DNA from: an uncultured Ruminococcus sp. | Lineage (GTDB): Bacteria; Bacillota; Clostridia; Oscillospirales; CAG-272 | NCBI GenBank assembly: GCA_964621755.1 | Contig: CAZUPI010000007.1 | Coordinates: forward strand, 7,016 to 71,015 | Length of the DNA stretch: 64,000 bases | Direction of reading: 5' to 3' | Shown here: positions 7,534 through 15,890 of the stretch, piece by piece | Numbering within the stretch: position 1 is the first letter of the stretch | Layout of the letters: the number at the start of each line of letters is the position of its first letter | Program-made: the position numbers and the translations under genes | The notes under the pieces: generated by a model | What the model saw: the letters and a program-made list of their open reading frames with translations, nothing else | Database searches by the model: none | Told to the model about the DNA's origin: nothing

Positions 7534-8613
7534 ATGCCAATAACTGGGCGGAAATTAAGGCAAGCCGGTTCCCCATATCGATTTTTTTCGTTTTTTTTGT
7601 TGACTCTTCTATTGATGTCCGGCATGCATTACGGAATCCTTGTGTTTGGGCATGAGAAGCAGTGGCCCAATTTGCTGCAGATTACGCTTCCTGTCCTGTA
7701 TTGGACATTGGTGGCAGCGGTGCTTACGTTGTTTACGAAATGGGAAATCCAAAGGCGTTACGAAAAGCCCGTAGTAAAGCTGCGGGAAGCCACCGAAAAG
7801 GTGGCGAATGGGGATTTTTCTGTGTATGTCCCTCCGCTGCACACCCATGAAAAACTGGATTATCTGGATGCCATGATTCAGGATTTTAACAAGATGGTAG
7901 AAGAACTGGGGAGCGTTGAAGTACTGAAAACAGATTTTTTCTCCAATGTATCCCATGAGATTAAGACTCCCTTAGCGGTGATTCACAACAATGCGGAACT
8001 TCTTCAAAACGAAAATCTGACAGATGCGCAGCGCAAAGAATGCACCCAAACAATTCTGCATGCCACACGGAGACTGTCCAATCTAATCATGAATATGCTG
8101 AAGCTAAATAAACTGGAAAAGCAGGTTATAAAACCGATACCCCAGCGGTTCGATTTGTGCGCCCAGCTTAGCGAATGCGCCCTGCAGTTTGAAAAAAGCT
8201 GGGAAGAGAAAGAGATTGAATTTGTGGCAGAACTGGAGGACCGGGCATTCATCATCGGTGATGAGGAGCTGCTGTCGCTGGTCTGGACAAATCTGCTGTC
8301 CAATGCTATTAAGTTCACACCTGCCGGGGGAACTGTGACGCTGACCCAGACCTCCGATACCGACGGGATAACGGTCTCGGTTGCTGATACCGGCTGCGGC
8401 ATGAATGCGGAAACTATCAAGCACATCTTCGATAAATTCTATCAGGGGGACACATCTCACGCTACCGAGGGCAATGGCCTCGGCTTATCCCTAGTACGGC
8501 GGATTTTGGAATTATCTGATGGAACGGTTTCCATAAAAAGCGCGGTAGGGCAGGGAAGTATCTTTACCGTCCGGCTGCCTGCATTTCATGATAGAGAGGA
8601 GACTCCGCAATGA
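7534..8613 (+). CDS. Sensor histidine kinase: two TM helices with a loop of about 11 aa (intramembrane-sensing type), HAMP, HisKA and HATPase
   Basis: H-box FFSNVSHEIKTPL, N-box LLSNAIKF, and G-boxes DTGCGM and GNGLGLS are present. The start is uncertain: an alternative ATG at 7521 overlaps the RR stop but is in another frame across a T7/T8 tract. Confidence 0.85.
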   Translation: MPITGRKLRQAGSPYRFFSFFLLTLLLMSGMHYGILVFGHEKQWPNLLQITLPVLYWTLVAAVLTLFTKWEIQRRYEKPVVKLREATEKVANGDFSVYVPPLHTHEKLDYLDAMIQDFNKMVEELGSVEVLKTDFFSNVSHEIKTPLAVIHNNAELLQNENLTDAQRKECTQTILHATRRLSNLIMNMLKLNKLEKQVIKPIPQRFDLCAQLSECALQFEKSWEEKEIEFVAELEDRAFIIGDEELLSLVWTNLLSNAIKFTPAGGTVTLTQTSDTDGITVSVADTGCGMNAETIKHIFDKFYQGDTSHATEGNGLGLSLVRRILELSDGTVSIKSAVGQGSIFTVRLPAFHDREETPQ

Positions 8614-9137
8614 TGGAAGACGAAAAAAAGGATTATATTGGTTACGAGTATAAAGAGGTTACCGTTCGCTCGGAAGAGGTTTCCTTCTATCTGGACAGCT
8701 ACGAGAATTTTGGATGGATTGAAGACGAACATCTCACCGCCACCTATGGTTCCTATTTAACGACGATACGCCTAAAGCGTGACAGGAAGATTATCAATAA
8801 GATGGAGCTGACGCGGTTGCAGCAGCATTTTGAAGCCTGCGTCAACGAAATGAAAGCATTGGAAAGAGCAAAATTCTCTGCCGCTATGGGATGGGCCTTG
8901 ACAATCGGCATCATCGGAACCGCGTTTATGGCAGGCTCGACCTTTGCGGTCACCCATGAGCCTCCGATTATCTGGCTGTGTATTCTGCTGGCGGTTCCAG
9001 GCATTGTCGGATGGATATTGCCCTATTTTATTTATAACGGGATTGTCGGGAAAAAGACACAGGAGATTCAGCCGCTGATTGAGGCGAAGCAGGAAGAAAT
9101 GTATGAAATCTGTGAAAAGGGCCACTCCCTGTTATAA
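8610..9137 (+). CDS. Small membrane protein (N-terminal soluble domain plus 2 TM), translationally coupled to the kinase
   Basis: The ATG overlaps the kinase TGA (ATGA). TM segments are AMGWALTIGIIGTAFMAGSTFAV and IWLCILLAVPGIVGWILPYFIY. Confidence 0.65.
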   Translation: MMEDEKKDYIGYEYKEVTVRSEEVSFYLDSYENFGWIEDEHLTATYGSYLTTIRLKRDRKIINKMELTRLQQHFEACVNEMKALERAKFSAAMGWALTIGIIGTAFMAGSTFAVTHEPPIIWLCILLAVPGIVGWILPYFIYNGIVGKKTQEIQPLIEAKQEEMYEICEKGHSLL

Positions 9138-9270
9138 AAGGCTTCGGCACCTGATGAAGAGGATAAACATCAGTACTTTATAAAGCGTATTCCGATTGTT
9201 AGTTTACCAATCGTTTCAATCCTTCGTCCAGTATCCTTCTACTTTGTTATCTTTTCTTGGTATGATAAGA

Positions 9271-9308
9271 CCTCCTGTTGTAGACTATATATAGTCTACA
9301 ACAGGAGG
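9271..9308. terminator. Bidirectional intrinsic terminator between convergent genes
   Basis: Perfect palindrome CCTCCTGTTGTAGACTATAT/ATAGTCTACAACAGGAGG followed by CTTTTTG. Confidence 0.8.
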
Positions 9309-9327
9309 CTTTTTGTCACTGTCTTTT

Positions 9328-9861
9328 TTATTTGATTCCGTATTTTTCTGCGAACTGTGAGACAGTTTTAACCCAGTGTTCGTAAGTAAAACTCTTCTTG
9401 ATGTCGGACAAATCGATATATGCCCCGTTCACAATAGCCTGTTCCGCGGCTTCGGCTATCATCGCTTCTTTGGTATAGTTGTCGCTCAGGGATTTTTCAA
9501 ATTCCATGTTCATTTTTTGGCTGACGCCTTCCATTGCTCCTATATAGAACAAGCTTTCGCGCCCCAGTAAATCTCCGATTTTTTCAAAGCATTCTATCCC
9601 TTCACGGATATCCGCAATACTTACCACACGTTTGTATTCCATAATTTTTTCACCTCCTGATAAAATATTGTCAACCGTTGTGCGCAGAATCTCTGCGAGG
9701 TCGAGCAGAATTCCTACATCGGGAATCGTCTCTCCACGCTCCCACTTTGATACCGCTTGGTAGGATATGCTAAGCCGTTCGCCCAGCTCGTTCTGCGTCA
9801 AACCGATATGTTTGCGTAGCATGGCTATCTGTGCACCCACTTTTTTTGAATCAACAGTCAT
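9328..9861 (-). CDS. XRE-family HTH transcriptional regulator with an uncharacterised C-terminal domain
   Basis: The start was chosen at MTVDSKK, with AAGGGGG 6 nt upstream. HTH: LTQNELGERLSISYQAVSKWERGETIPD. Confidence 0.8.
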   Translation of the reverse strand: MTVDSKKVGAQIAMLRKHIGLTQNELGERLSISYQAVSKWERGETIPDVGILLDLAEILRTTVDNILSGGEKIMEYKRVVSIADIREGIECFEKIGDLLGRESLFYIGAMEGVSQKMNMEFEKSLSDNYTKEAMIAEAAEQAIVNGAYIDLSDIKKSFTYEHWVKTVSQFAEKYGIK

Positions 9862-10036
9862 CTGATTCCCCCTTGTTAAAAATTTCAAAGCGCTTCGATA
9901 TCTATATTTTACAGATAAAAAGCCCCTTTTTCAATGACCGCGTGAGTTATATTTTAAGGGAAAACTAAATCAAGAGGTTAGTCCTCAAAAACTTAAAATT
10001 GACGCTTGATAGTGTGGCGGTTACGAAAATACAATA

Positions 10037-10070
10037 AAATCTCCCCCAAACCTGAGTCGGAGGAGATTTT
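10037..10070 (-). terminator. Intrinsic terminator downstream of the SLH protein gene
   Basis: AAAATCTCC...GGAGATTTT stem-loop, with T-rich sequence following on the minus strand. Confidence 0.6.
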
Positions 10071-10102
10071 ATTGTTCATTAATACTATACGATTACGCTA
10101 TA

Positions 10103-11830
10103 TCAGCCGTTGTAAACCGAGATATGGCTGTTCAGTTCGGTAACAAGTTCGATAACTGCAGTGGAAGTTGCACCGCTATCTTCGAGAAGGGCGCTTGCTT
10201 CTTCGTAGTGTTCAATAAGACCGCTGTCATTTGCTGCAACACCGCTGTCGATGAGCATCTTTGCCTGAAGTACGAGAGCTTCAAGAAGGGCACGTTCCGC
10301 ATCAGTTGCAGGAGATTCCGCGATGATGTTTGCGTAGTTGCTGCTGGAAACGGTTACGACGTAGGTGTTCGCGCTGTTGTAAGCTTCGGTCATTGTGACC
10401 TTTCCATCAACAACAGCTACACCGGAAGCTACAGTGGTCTTCTGACGACCGGAACCATAGTAGATACCAACTGTTACATCTTCGAGTGCTTCGGGAATAT
10501 TTTCTACAACGACATCGGCAGAGCCTTCAGCGAAGGTAGCTTTGATGACTTCGGAACCATCATAAGCAGGCTTGATGTAAATACCGTCGAAGGTATAAAC
10601 GTAAGTATTGTCGGGCATGATGTAGGTGATGGAAGTAACCCTTTCACCAACAAGTTTGGCAAGCTCAGGAAGGTTATCCCATCCAACGATATGGGAGTTG
10701 CAAAGACTGTCTTCACTTACGTTGAAGGAAACTTCCCAAGGCTGTACCCACATGCTCTGGAGATGTTCCATACCAACTTTAAGACCGGATTCGGTTTCAA
10801 GGATAATACCTTGGATATTTGCGTTAATGATCCAACCTTCATCCGAACGGTTGGTGCGGATATATGCGGTGGAGTTTTCAGTTACGTTGATTTGATAATC
10901 ACCCCATGTGGAACCGGTCTGAAGTTCAGCGGAGGCGTCTGTTACTGTTTCAACGATGTTGAAATTGGTGGCAGAATATACTGCTTTTCCATCAACAATC
11001 GAAACGGTCTTATACTGTTCGGGTGTACTTCTTGCAAGCTTGAATGTGGGATTAATTTCGAGATATGCATCATAATCATCCGCAGAAACAGCAACATTTA
11101 CATTTTTTACACCAAGAATATTGTAACCGTCCGTATTTTCTTCGGTGTAATTCGTGTACATGTTATCATTGAAGCTACTATACATTTTTACGGTAGCAGA
11201 AGTAACGCCGTCAATGCCGTAATATTCGGTTGTGCTGACGTCTCCGGAGTAGTATTCAGCATAAGTCAGCGTAGCAGTGCCGTAAACGACATCATGCTCA
11301 CTGATGTCAAAGGTCAGTGTATCGTAAATGTTGTCCAGAATTGTGATGCCTTCCGCACGTGTCAACTGAGAAGTAGGGTTAAGTAAGCCGGCGGTAGTGC
11401 CGTGGACATAATCGCCCGCAACCAGAGCAGCTACAGCATTTTTGGCACCTTCGGAAATCTCAGCAGCATCGCTGAACTTGGAAAGAGCGGCAATATCTGT
11501 ATCGGTTGCCGTAAGTCCCAGAACATCAGCAACAATGGTCATCGCTTCTTCACGGGTGAATATGCCGTCTTCATCTTCTTCCGTATTTTCAATAGGCGAC
11601 TTTGAGATTTGATTCAGAAGAGAAACAAACTGCGCGCGGTCCATTGCGACATCCGGACTGTAATGTACAACGCCATAATCGTTCATCCAACCGCTGTCAA
11701 CAAAGAACTGCAAGGATTTTTCAGCCCAGTGGCCGGCAATATCCGTGGCAGGAGCCGCGGCTGCGGATGCTGCCACACACATACTTCCAACCAGCAGTGC
11801 ACAGAAGAGAGTGTTGATTTTCTTGTTCAT
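10103..11830 (-). CDS. Secreted cell-wall-anchored protein: signal peptide, SLH repeats, and an uncharacterised C-terminal region of about 400 aa
   Basis: Signal peptide MNKKINTLFCALLVGSMCVAASAAAA. SLH-like blocks are DIAGHWAEKSLQFFVDSGWM...DRAQFVSLL and FSDAAEISEGAKNAVAALVAGDYVHG...LTRAEGITIL. It contains IDGVTSAT, which resembles the flavinylation motif. Confidence 0.8.
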   Translation of the reverse strand: MNKKINTLFCALLVGSMCVAASAAAAPATDIAGHWAEKSLQFFVDSGWMNDYGVVHYSPDVAMDRAQFVSLLNQISKSPIENTEEDEDGIFTREEAMTIVADVLGLTATDTDIAALSKFSDAAEISEGAKNAVAALVAGDYVHGTTAGLLNPTSQLTRAEGITILDNIYDTLTFDISEHDVVYGTATLTYAEYYSGDVSTTEYYGIDGVTSATVKMYSSFNDNMYTNYTEENTDGYNILGVKNVNVAVSADDYDAYLEINPTFKLARSTPEQYKTVSIVDGKAVYSATNFNIVETVTDASAELQTGSTWGDYQINVTENSTAYIRTNRSDEGWIINANIQGIILETESGLKVGMEHLQSMWVQPWEVSFNVSEDSLCNSHIVGWDNLPELAKLVGERVTSITYIMPDNTYVYTFDGIYIKPAYDGSEVIKATFAEGSADVVVENIPEALEDVTVGIYYGSGRQKTTVASGVAVVDGKVTMTEAYNSANTYVVTVSSSNYANIIAESPATDAERALLEALVLQAKMLIDSGVAANDSGLIEHYEEASALLEDSGATSTAVIELVTELNSHISVYNG

Positions 11831-11849
11831 AATTGTAATATCTCCTTTC

Positions 11850-11867
11850 AGTTAGTGAATGCTAACT
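11850..11867. promoter_or_regulatory. 18-bp palindrome AGTTAGtgaatgCTAACT (putative operator or RNA hairpin), just upstream of the SLH gene RBS
   Basis: Member of the RGTTAG-N6-CTAACY set, seen 6 times plus 1 degenerate copy in this window. Confidence 0.6.
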
Positions 11868-11922
11868 TATAACCTGTGTAATTGCTCTGTCGTTCAACAA
11901 CAGAGCAATGTAAAAATGTTCC

Positions 11923-11940
11923 GGTTATCTTCTGCTAACT
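11923..11940. promoter_or_regulatory. 18-bp palindrome copy GGTTATcttctgCTAACT, at the predicted transcription start of the SLH gene
   Basis: It lies 7 nt downstream (minus strand) of the -10 TATACT at 11948..11953. One mismatch in the left arm. Confidence 0.5.
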
Positions 11941-11947
11941 TATATGT

Positions 11948-11976
11948 AGTATATCACACATAAATGTTTATTTCAA
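11948..11976 (-). promoter_or_regulatory. Sigma-A-type promoter TTGAAA-17-TATACT for the SLH protein gene
   Basis: Hexamers read on the minus strand at 11976..11971 and 11953..11948, with 17-bp spacing. Confidence 0.5.
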
Positions 11977-12063
11977 TAGTTTTTTTGTACAAATTTTGAC
12001 GATAATTTATAAAAATATATAGGTAGAAATCATATATTATAATATTACAATATTATAATGAAA

Positions 12064-12579
12064 TCATTTTACTTTTTTGGATATTTTTTTCATTTGATAT
12101 ACCACAAGCTGTGCGCAGAATCCGGTGAAAGTTCCGCTGATAATACCGGAGATGAGCAGTACCGGCAGATAGCTTATAATCGCCGGTGTCTGCGTGATAA
12201 CGATTGCCACGGCAATCTGCCCGATATTATGTGCAACCGCACCAATGACGCTACATATCCAGATCTGTTTCTCTGTTACGATTTTCCGCATCAGAAGCAT
12301 TATAAGATAACAAAACATACCGCCGCATAAACTGTACAGAAACGCCATCATCTGTCCGGCAAAGATACAGCCCAGAACGATGCGGCACAGCAAAATGGCG
12401 AGGGTGTCCAATGAACCGCACAGAAACATAGCGTATACGGTAATCACATTCGCCAGTCCCAGTTTTACTCCGGGAATGGGGAGCGGCGTCGGAATCTGTG
12501 CTTCCACCACAAAAATGATTAATGCGATTGTAGTCAACATGGCATTGCGCGTTAATCGTTTGATTTTTTGATTGTTCAT
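12064..12579 (-). CDS. Gx transporter family membrane protein (heptaprenyl diphosphate synthase component I-like)
   Basis: The start at MNNQKIKR (12579) overlaps the upstream stop (ATGA). Five hydrophobic helices. This family is typically clustered with ApbE and NusG-II genes. Confidence 0.7.
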   Translation of the reverse strand: MNNQKIKRLTRNAMLTTIALIIFVVEAQIPTPLPIPGVKLGLANVITVYAMFLCGSLDTLAILLCRIVLGCIFAGQMMAFLYSLCGGMFCYLIMLLMRKIVTEKQIWICSVIGAVAHNIGQIAVAIVITQTPAIISYLPVLLISGIISGTFTGFCAQLVVYQMKKISKKVK

Positions 12580-12971
12580 TGACTTACACCGTCCAATGCG
12601 ATTTCTTCGCTTCCGCCCGGATTTGTCTGCACAAGCTGGATGACCAGTTTGTTCGGCAGACAGACGATTGGTAAGGCTCCTGTGGACTGCCAGCCTTGAT
12701 GAACACAAATCTGGTCCGGACAATCGGCCTCACTGACGCAGATTCTTCCGGGTTCTACAGAAATTATATTTTTCCCGTTCGTTCCTTCTACAACAAAGGA
12801 ATAGGGAGATACAACGGCGGAAAGCTCAATGGTTTCAATGCACTTATTGTCCAGGTAAATTTTCGCTGTCATATCTGCTGTCCCATTCCCCTGCCGCATC
12901 AGCAAAAGGGTACAAAATGATATCACCAGAACCAATATGATTCCAATTACCCAAATTCTTGTTTTTATCAT
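12576..12971 (-). CDS. NusG domain II-containing membrane-anchored protein
   Basis: N-terminal TM IWVIGIILVLVISFCTLLL, then a beta-rich domain with CPDQICVHQGW, as in NusG_II family proteins. ATGA overlaps occur at both ends. Confidence 0.7.
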   Translation of the reverse strand: MIKTRIWVIGIILVLVISFCTLLLMRQGNGTADMTAKIYLDNKCIETIELSAVVSPYSFVVEGTNGKNIISVEPGRICVSEADCPDQICVHQGWQSTGALPIVCLPNKLVIQLVQTNPGGSEEIALDGVSQ

Positions 12972-14059
12972 CGCTTGATTACCGACAGTTCTTTGTCTGC
13001 ATAAGCTTCCGCCAGAGTAAAACTGTCACACAGCCCTTCTGTGATATGGATGTTTCCATCTTCTGTTACAAAAATAGCTTCAAATCCCTCGTGCGTCCGC
13101 CAGTATTCGGAAGCCTTGTCCAATCCCATAACGAACAATGCAGTCGACATGGCATCGCACAGCAGGCCGCTTTCTCCGACGATGGTTACGGAGAGAATTC
13201 CGTTGTCCGCCGGTTTTCCAGTGGCTGGGTCGATGATATGCCAGTAAGTTCTGCCGTCGTCTCCGATGAAATACCGTTCGTAACTGCCGGAGGTGATGGC
13301 TGCCATGTTGGAAAGGGAAAGAACTCCCAGATAGTTTTCCTTATCGACTGGATGCTGAACGGCAATGCGCCACGGGCTTCCATCCGGTTTGCTGCCCAGC
13401 GCCTGTACGTTCCCGCCGAGATTCAGCAAAGCGGAGGTGATGCCGTTTTCTTTGAACAAATCGCAGAGAATATCGCCGGTGTAGCCCTTTGCCACACTTC
13501 CTAGGTCAATCTGTACATCTTCAGGAATCGATGCGTTCTGACCATCTAGAACAACGGAGGTATAATCCACATGCTCCAATAGGGCGGCAAGCTCCATATC
13601 ATCCGGAATTCGGTAATCTCCGGTGGTAAATCCCCATGCGCGTACGACGGGATACACGGTAATATCCAGTGCACCCTCTGTATTTTTGCAAAATTCCAGC
13701 GAAGTGTTCAGTAGAGAGGCGGTATCATCGGAAAGAATGCTGGTTCCGGTCGTGTTGAGCGTGTAAATCTCACTTCCGGGCAGAGTTACGGACAGCTTGC
13801 TTTCAAGCCCGACGATGCGTTTCTCTGCCAGCTCAAGGACGTCCTCTCCCCCGCTGTAAACCGTGAGTTCCATAGCAGTATCCATAGCGAGAACAATCCG
13901 GTTATATTTTTCCAGCGAAGCATCGGATTGCTCCGCGATGGCTGAGGTGGTTTCCTGAGGGAGGGGATCCGGTGTTTCCGTAACCGCGTCGGCATGGGCG
14001 CAGCCTGAAAGCAGGAGGCAGAGAAGAAACGAAAGAATTCGGTGTTTACGCATAATCAT
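12968..14059 (-). CDS. apbE: FAD:protein FMN transferase ApbE, lipoprotein
   Basis: The start was chosen at MIMRKHRILSFLLCLLLSGC (lipobox LSGC) with an AAGGAAA RBS. ApbE-like blocks: AMDTAMELTVY, DLGSVAKGY, ALLNLGGN, AITSGSYERYF, HIIDPATGKP. Confidence 0.9.
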   Translation of the reverse strand: MIMRKHRILSFLLCLLLSGCAHADAVTETPDPLPQETTSAIAEQSDASLEKYNRIVLAMDTAMELTVYSGGEDVLELAEKRIVGLESKLSVTLPGSEIYTLNTTGTSILSDDTASLLNTSLEFCKNTEGALDITVYPVVRAWGFTTGDYRIPDDMELAALLEHVDYTSVVLDGQNASIPEDVQIDLGSVAKGYTGDILCDLFKENGITSALLNLGGNVQALGSKPDGSPWRIAVQHPVDKENYLGVLSLSNMAAITSGSYERYFIGDDGRTYWHIIDPATGKPADNGILSVTIVGESGLLCDAMSTALFVMGLDKASEYWRTHEGFEAIFVTEDGNIHITEGLCDSFTLAEAYADKELSVIKR

Positions 14060-14075
14060 ACTTTCCTTATGGTTA

Positions 14076-15626
14076 TTAATTCTGCGCCTGGGCCAATGCG
14101 TTGGATATTGCTTCAAGCAGACCTTTCGAGCTGTAGGTTGCACCGGACACAGTATCCACTTCTGTACTTTGTGCTTCAATGACATTGTCTACGACTTCGA
14201 GCGCCTTGGACCAGAAAGCTTGGTCGTCTGATGTAGAGATAACAACAACGTAGGAAATGGAACCACCCGAAATCATAACTGCAACTTGAACATTTCCACT
14301 ATATCCGGTGCCATTACCGAAGTAAGCACCATCTTTGTATTGTACAGCAGGTTCAGGTTCGGGAGCAGGCTCAGGCTCAGGAGTGGGCTCAGGCTCGGGA
14401 GCAGGCTCAGGCTCGGGTTCGGGAGCAGGCTCAGGCTCGGGAGCAGGCTCAGGCTCGGGAGTGGGCTCAACTTCAGACTCTAAATTGGAAGTTTCATCAA
14501 GTGGAGCACTCGCATCAGCCAAAGCATTTTGAACCGCTTCAATGATGCCGCTCGAACTGAACGTTGCACCGGTGACAGTATCTACATCTGTGCTTTGTGT
14601 GGAAATAATCGTATCAATGACTGCAAGAGCGCTTGTCCAGAACGGTTCATCATCGTTGAATTCCACTACGTCGATGGACTCGATTTCATTTTCCGATACC
14701 GTTACGGCAAGGGTGATATTTCCAGAGAAACCCATGCCGGTTCCGTTGTAGGTACCGGTTTTGTATTTATATTCCATATCAGTTGCATCCGCGCCAGCGT
14801 CTGTTTCTTCAGGGGCTGCAATCCCGGTAGCTGCTACAACAGGAGAATTGGATCCTTTCGGTATGAGGGATGGTACACAGATAAATGCCAGTACAGCAAC
14901 AGCCACGACGAGCGGTACAACCGGAACGATTTTTGCAGCGGAGGGATTCCTTTTCCGCATCGCTTTACAGATACGCATCACCGCGTACACCGTAAAGATA
15001 ACGGTATAAAGGATAATATTGAACAGATATTTCATCTGTCCGCTTGCAAGAAGTGTGCTGTTCAGCAGCATAACATGCACGTAAATCAGCCCGTAGAACA
15101 CATAAGCCATACGCTGCAGCCTTTTCCAGTTCTTCGGCTTCATTTTTTTTCGTACTGCTGGAAATGAGGTTATCATCAGCGGGAGCATTATCGCAATCAT
15201 AACGAGCGAGCAAAGCGCCGCATACAGCAATTTGCCTGACAGCTGTTCCGGGGAGGTGAACAGCATTACGAAATACGTTTTTCCATATCCGATATTATGA
15301 CCGAGGGTGAGAATGCAGGCAATGATGGATAGTTCTGCGCGGATAGGCATCAGATGCTTGATGGCAGTGGAACCGTTTGGCAGAGCACCCATCATCATGA
15401 CAATAACAAATAGTGCCGTCGCAAAAGCACAGTTCGCGAAAATCGGCCAGATATAATTTTGTATCCATATTGGAAAACTGCGGTTCAGACCGCTGTATGT
15501 AACAACGATTATAAGCAGGCTTAGCACAGCAGAAATCACGTAAAAGAGATTGGCGTGTTTTTTAATTTGCTTTGCGCCAAACCATGAGAATGCGAATGCA
15601 AGCAGCAGACTGATAAGAAAAACCAT
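14076..15626 (-). CDS. Ferric-reductase-like multi-pass membrane domain fused to two extracytoplasmic FMN-binding domains
   Basis: The N-terminal region of about 245 aa has about 8 helices with conserved His ([18 protein letters not shown]). There are two FMN_bind domains with flavinylation motifs [10 protein letters not shown] and [10 protein letters not shown], joined by a Pro/Glu linker. Confidence 0.85.
   Translation of the reverse strand: MVFLISLLLAFAFSWFGAKQIKKHANLFYVISAVLSLLIIVVTYSGLNRSFPIWIQNYIWPIFANCAFATALFVIVMMMGALPNGSTAIKHLMPIRAELSIIACILTLGHNIGYGKTYFVMLFTSPEQLSGKLLYAALCSLVMIAIMLPLMITSFPAVRKKMKPKNWKRLQRMAYVFYGLIYVHVMLLNSTLLASGQMKYLFNIILYTVIFTVYAVMRICKAMRKRNPSAAKIVPVVPLVVAVAVLAFICVPSLIPKGSNSPVVAATGIAAPEETDAGADATDMEYKYKTGTYNGTGMGFSGNITLAVTVSENEIESIDVVEFNDDEPFWTSALAVIDTIISTQSTDVDTVTGATFSSSGIIEAVQNALADASAPLDETSNLESEVEPTPEPEPAPEPEPAPEPEPEPAPEPEPTPEPEPAPEPEPAVQYKDGAYFGNGTGYSGNVQVAVMISGGSISYVVVISTSDDQAFWSKALEVVDNVIEAQSTEVDTVSGATYSSKGLLEAISNALAQAQN
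14349..14469 (-). repeat. Coding low-complexity tandem repeat ([10 protein letters not shown] linker)
   Basis: Repeated GGCTCAGGCTCGGGAGCA units encode [40 protein letters not shown]. Confidence 0.9.
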
Positions 15627-15653
15627 GAACAGGTACCTCCATGAAATCTTCTT

Positions 15654-15671
15654 GGTTAGCTTTAGCTAACC
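15654..15671. promoter_or_regulatory. 18-bp palindrome GGTTAGctttagCTAACC in the leader of the flavin-reductase operon
   Basis: Perfect arms. It lies 27-44 nt upstream of the ATG at 15626 and about 41 nt downstream of the -10. Confidence 0.6.
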
Positions 15672-15712
15672 AAGGGGTAATAAAGCTACCAAAAAGTAAC
15701 CTATGAGAATAT

Positions 15713-15741
15713 AATATATCACTATCTCAGATGTTTGTCAA
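15713..15741 (-). promoter_or_regulatory. Sigma-A-type promoter TTGACA-17-TATATT for the FRD/FMN-apbE operon
   Basis: Minus-strand hexamers at 15741..15736 and 15718..15713. Confidence 0.55.
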
Positions 15742-15832
15742 TATCAATTTCGTAAATTTTATAGCCGCATATAAAAACATCCATTTGCAGACCAAATCCA
15801 TTTCTCACACGTAAAAAGGTTTTTAAAGGGGT

Positions 15833-15869
15833 TCGGGGGAAACTTTTTTAAGGTAAAAGTTTCCCCCGA
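15833..15869. terminator. Palindromic hairpin terminator (GGGGAAACTTTT family)
   Basis: TCGGGGGAAACTTTT-ttaaggt-AAAAGTTTCCCCCGA, just downstream of the minus-strand isomerase gene. Confidence 0.7.
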
Positions 15870-15890
15870 GAGCTCATGATTTCACTATCA

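Noticed and set aside
9976-9993. Possible additional copy of the RGTTAG-N6-CTAACY palindrome upstream of the XRE regulator gene (GGTTAGtcctcaAAAACT)
   Set aside because: Only the left half-site matches; the right arm matches at 3 of 6 positions. It was not counted as a site, so the adjacent XRE regulator cannot be nominated as the cognate binding protein on this basis.
14273-14532. Gly/Ser-rich and Leu/Ser-rich ORFs (65 aa each) on both strands across the reductase linker
   Set aside because: They are alternative-frame readings of the Pro/Glu-encoding tandem repeat inside the well-supported 14076..15626 gene.
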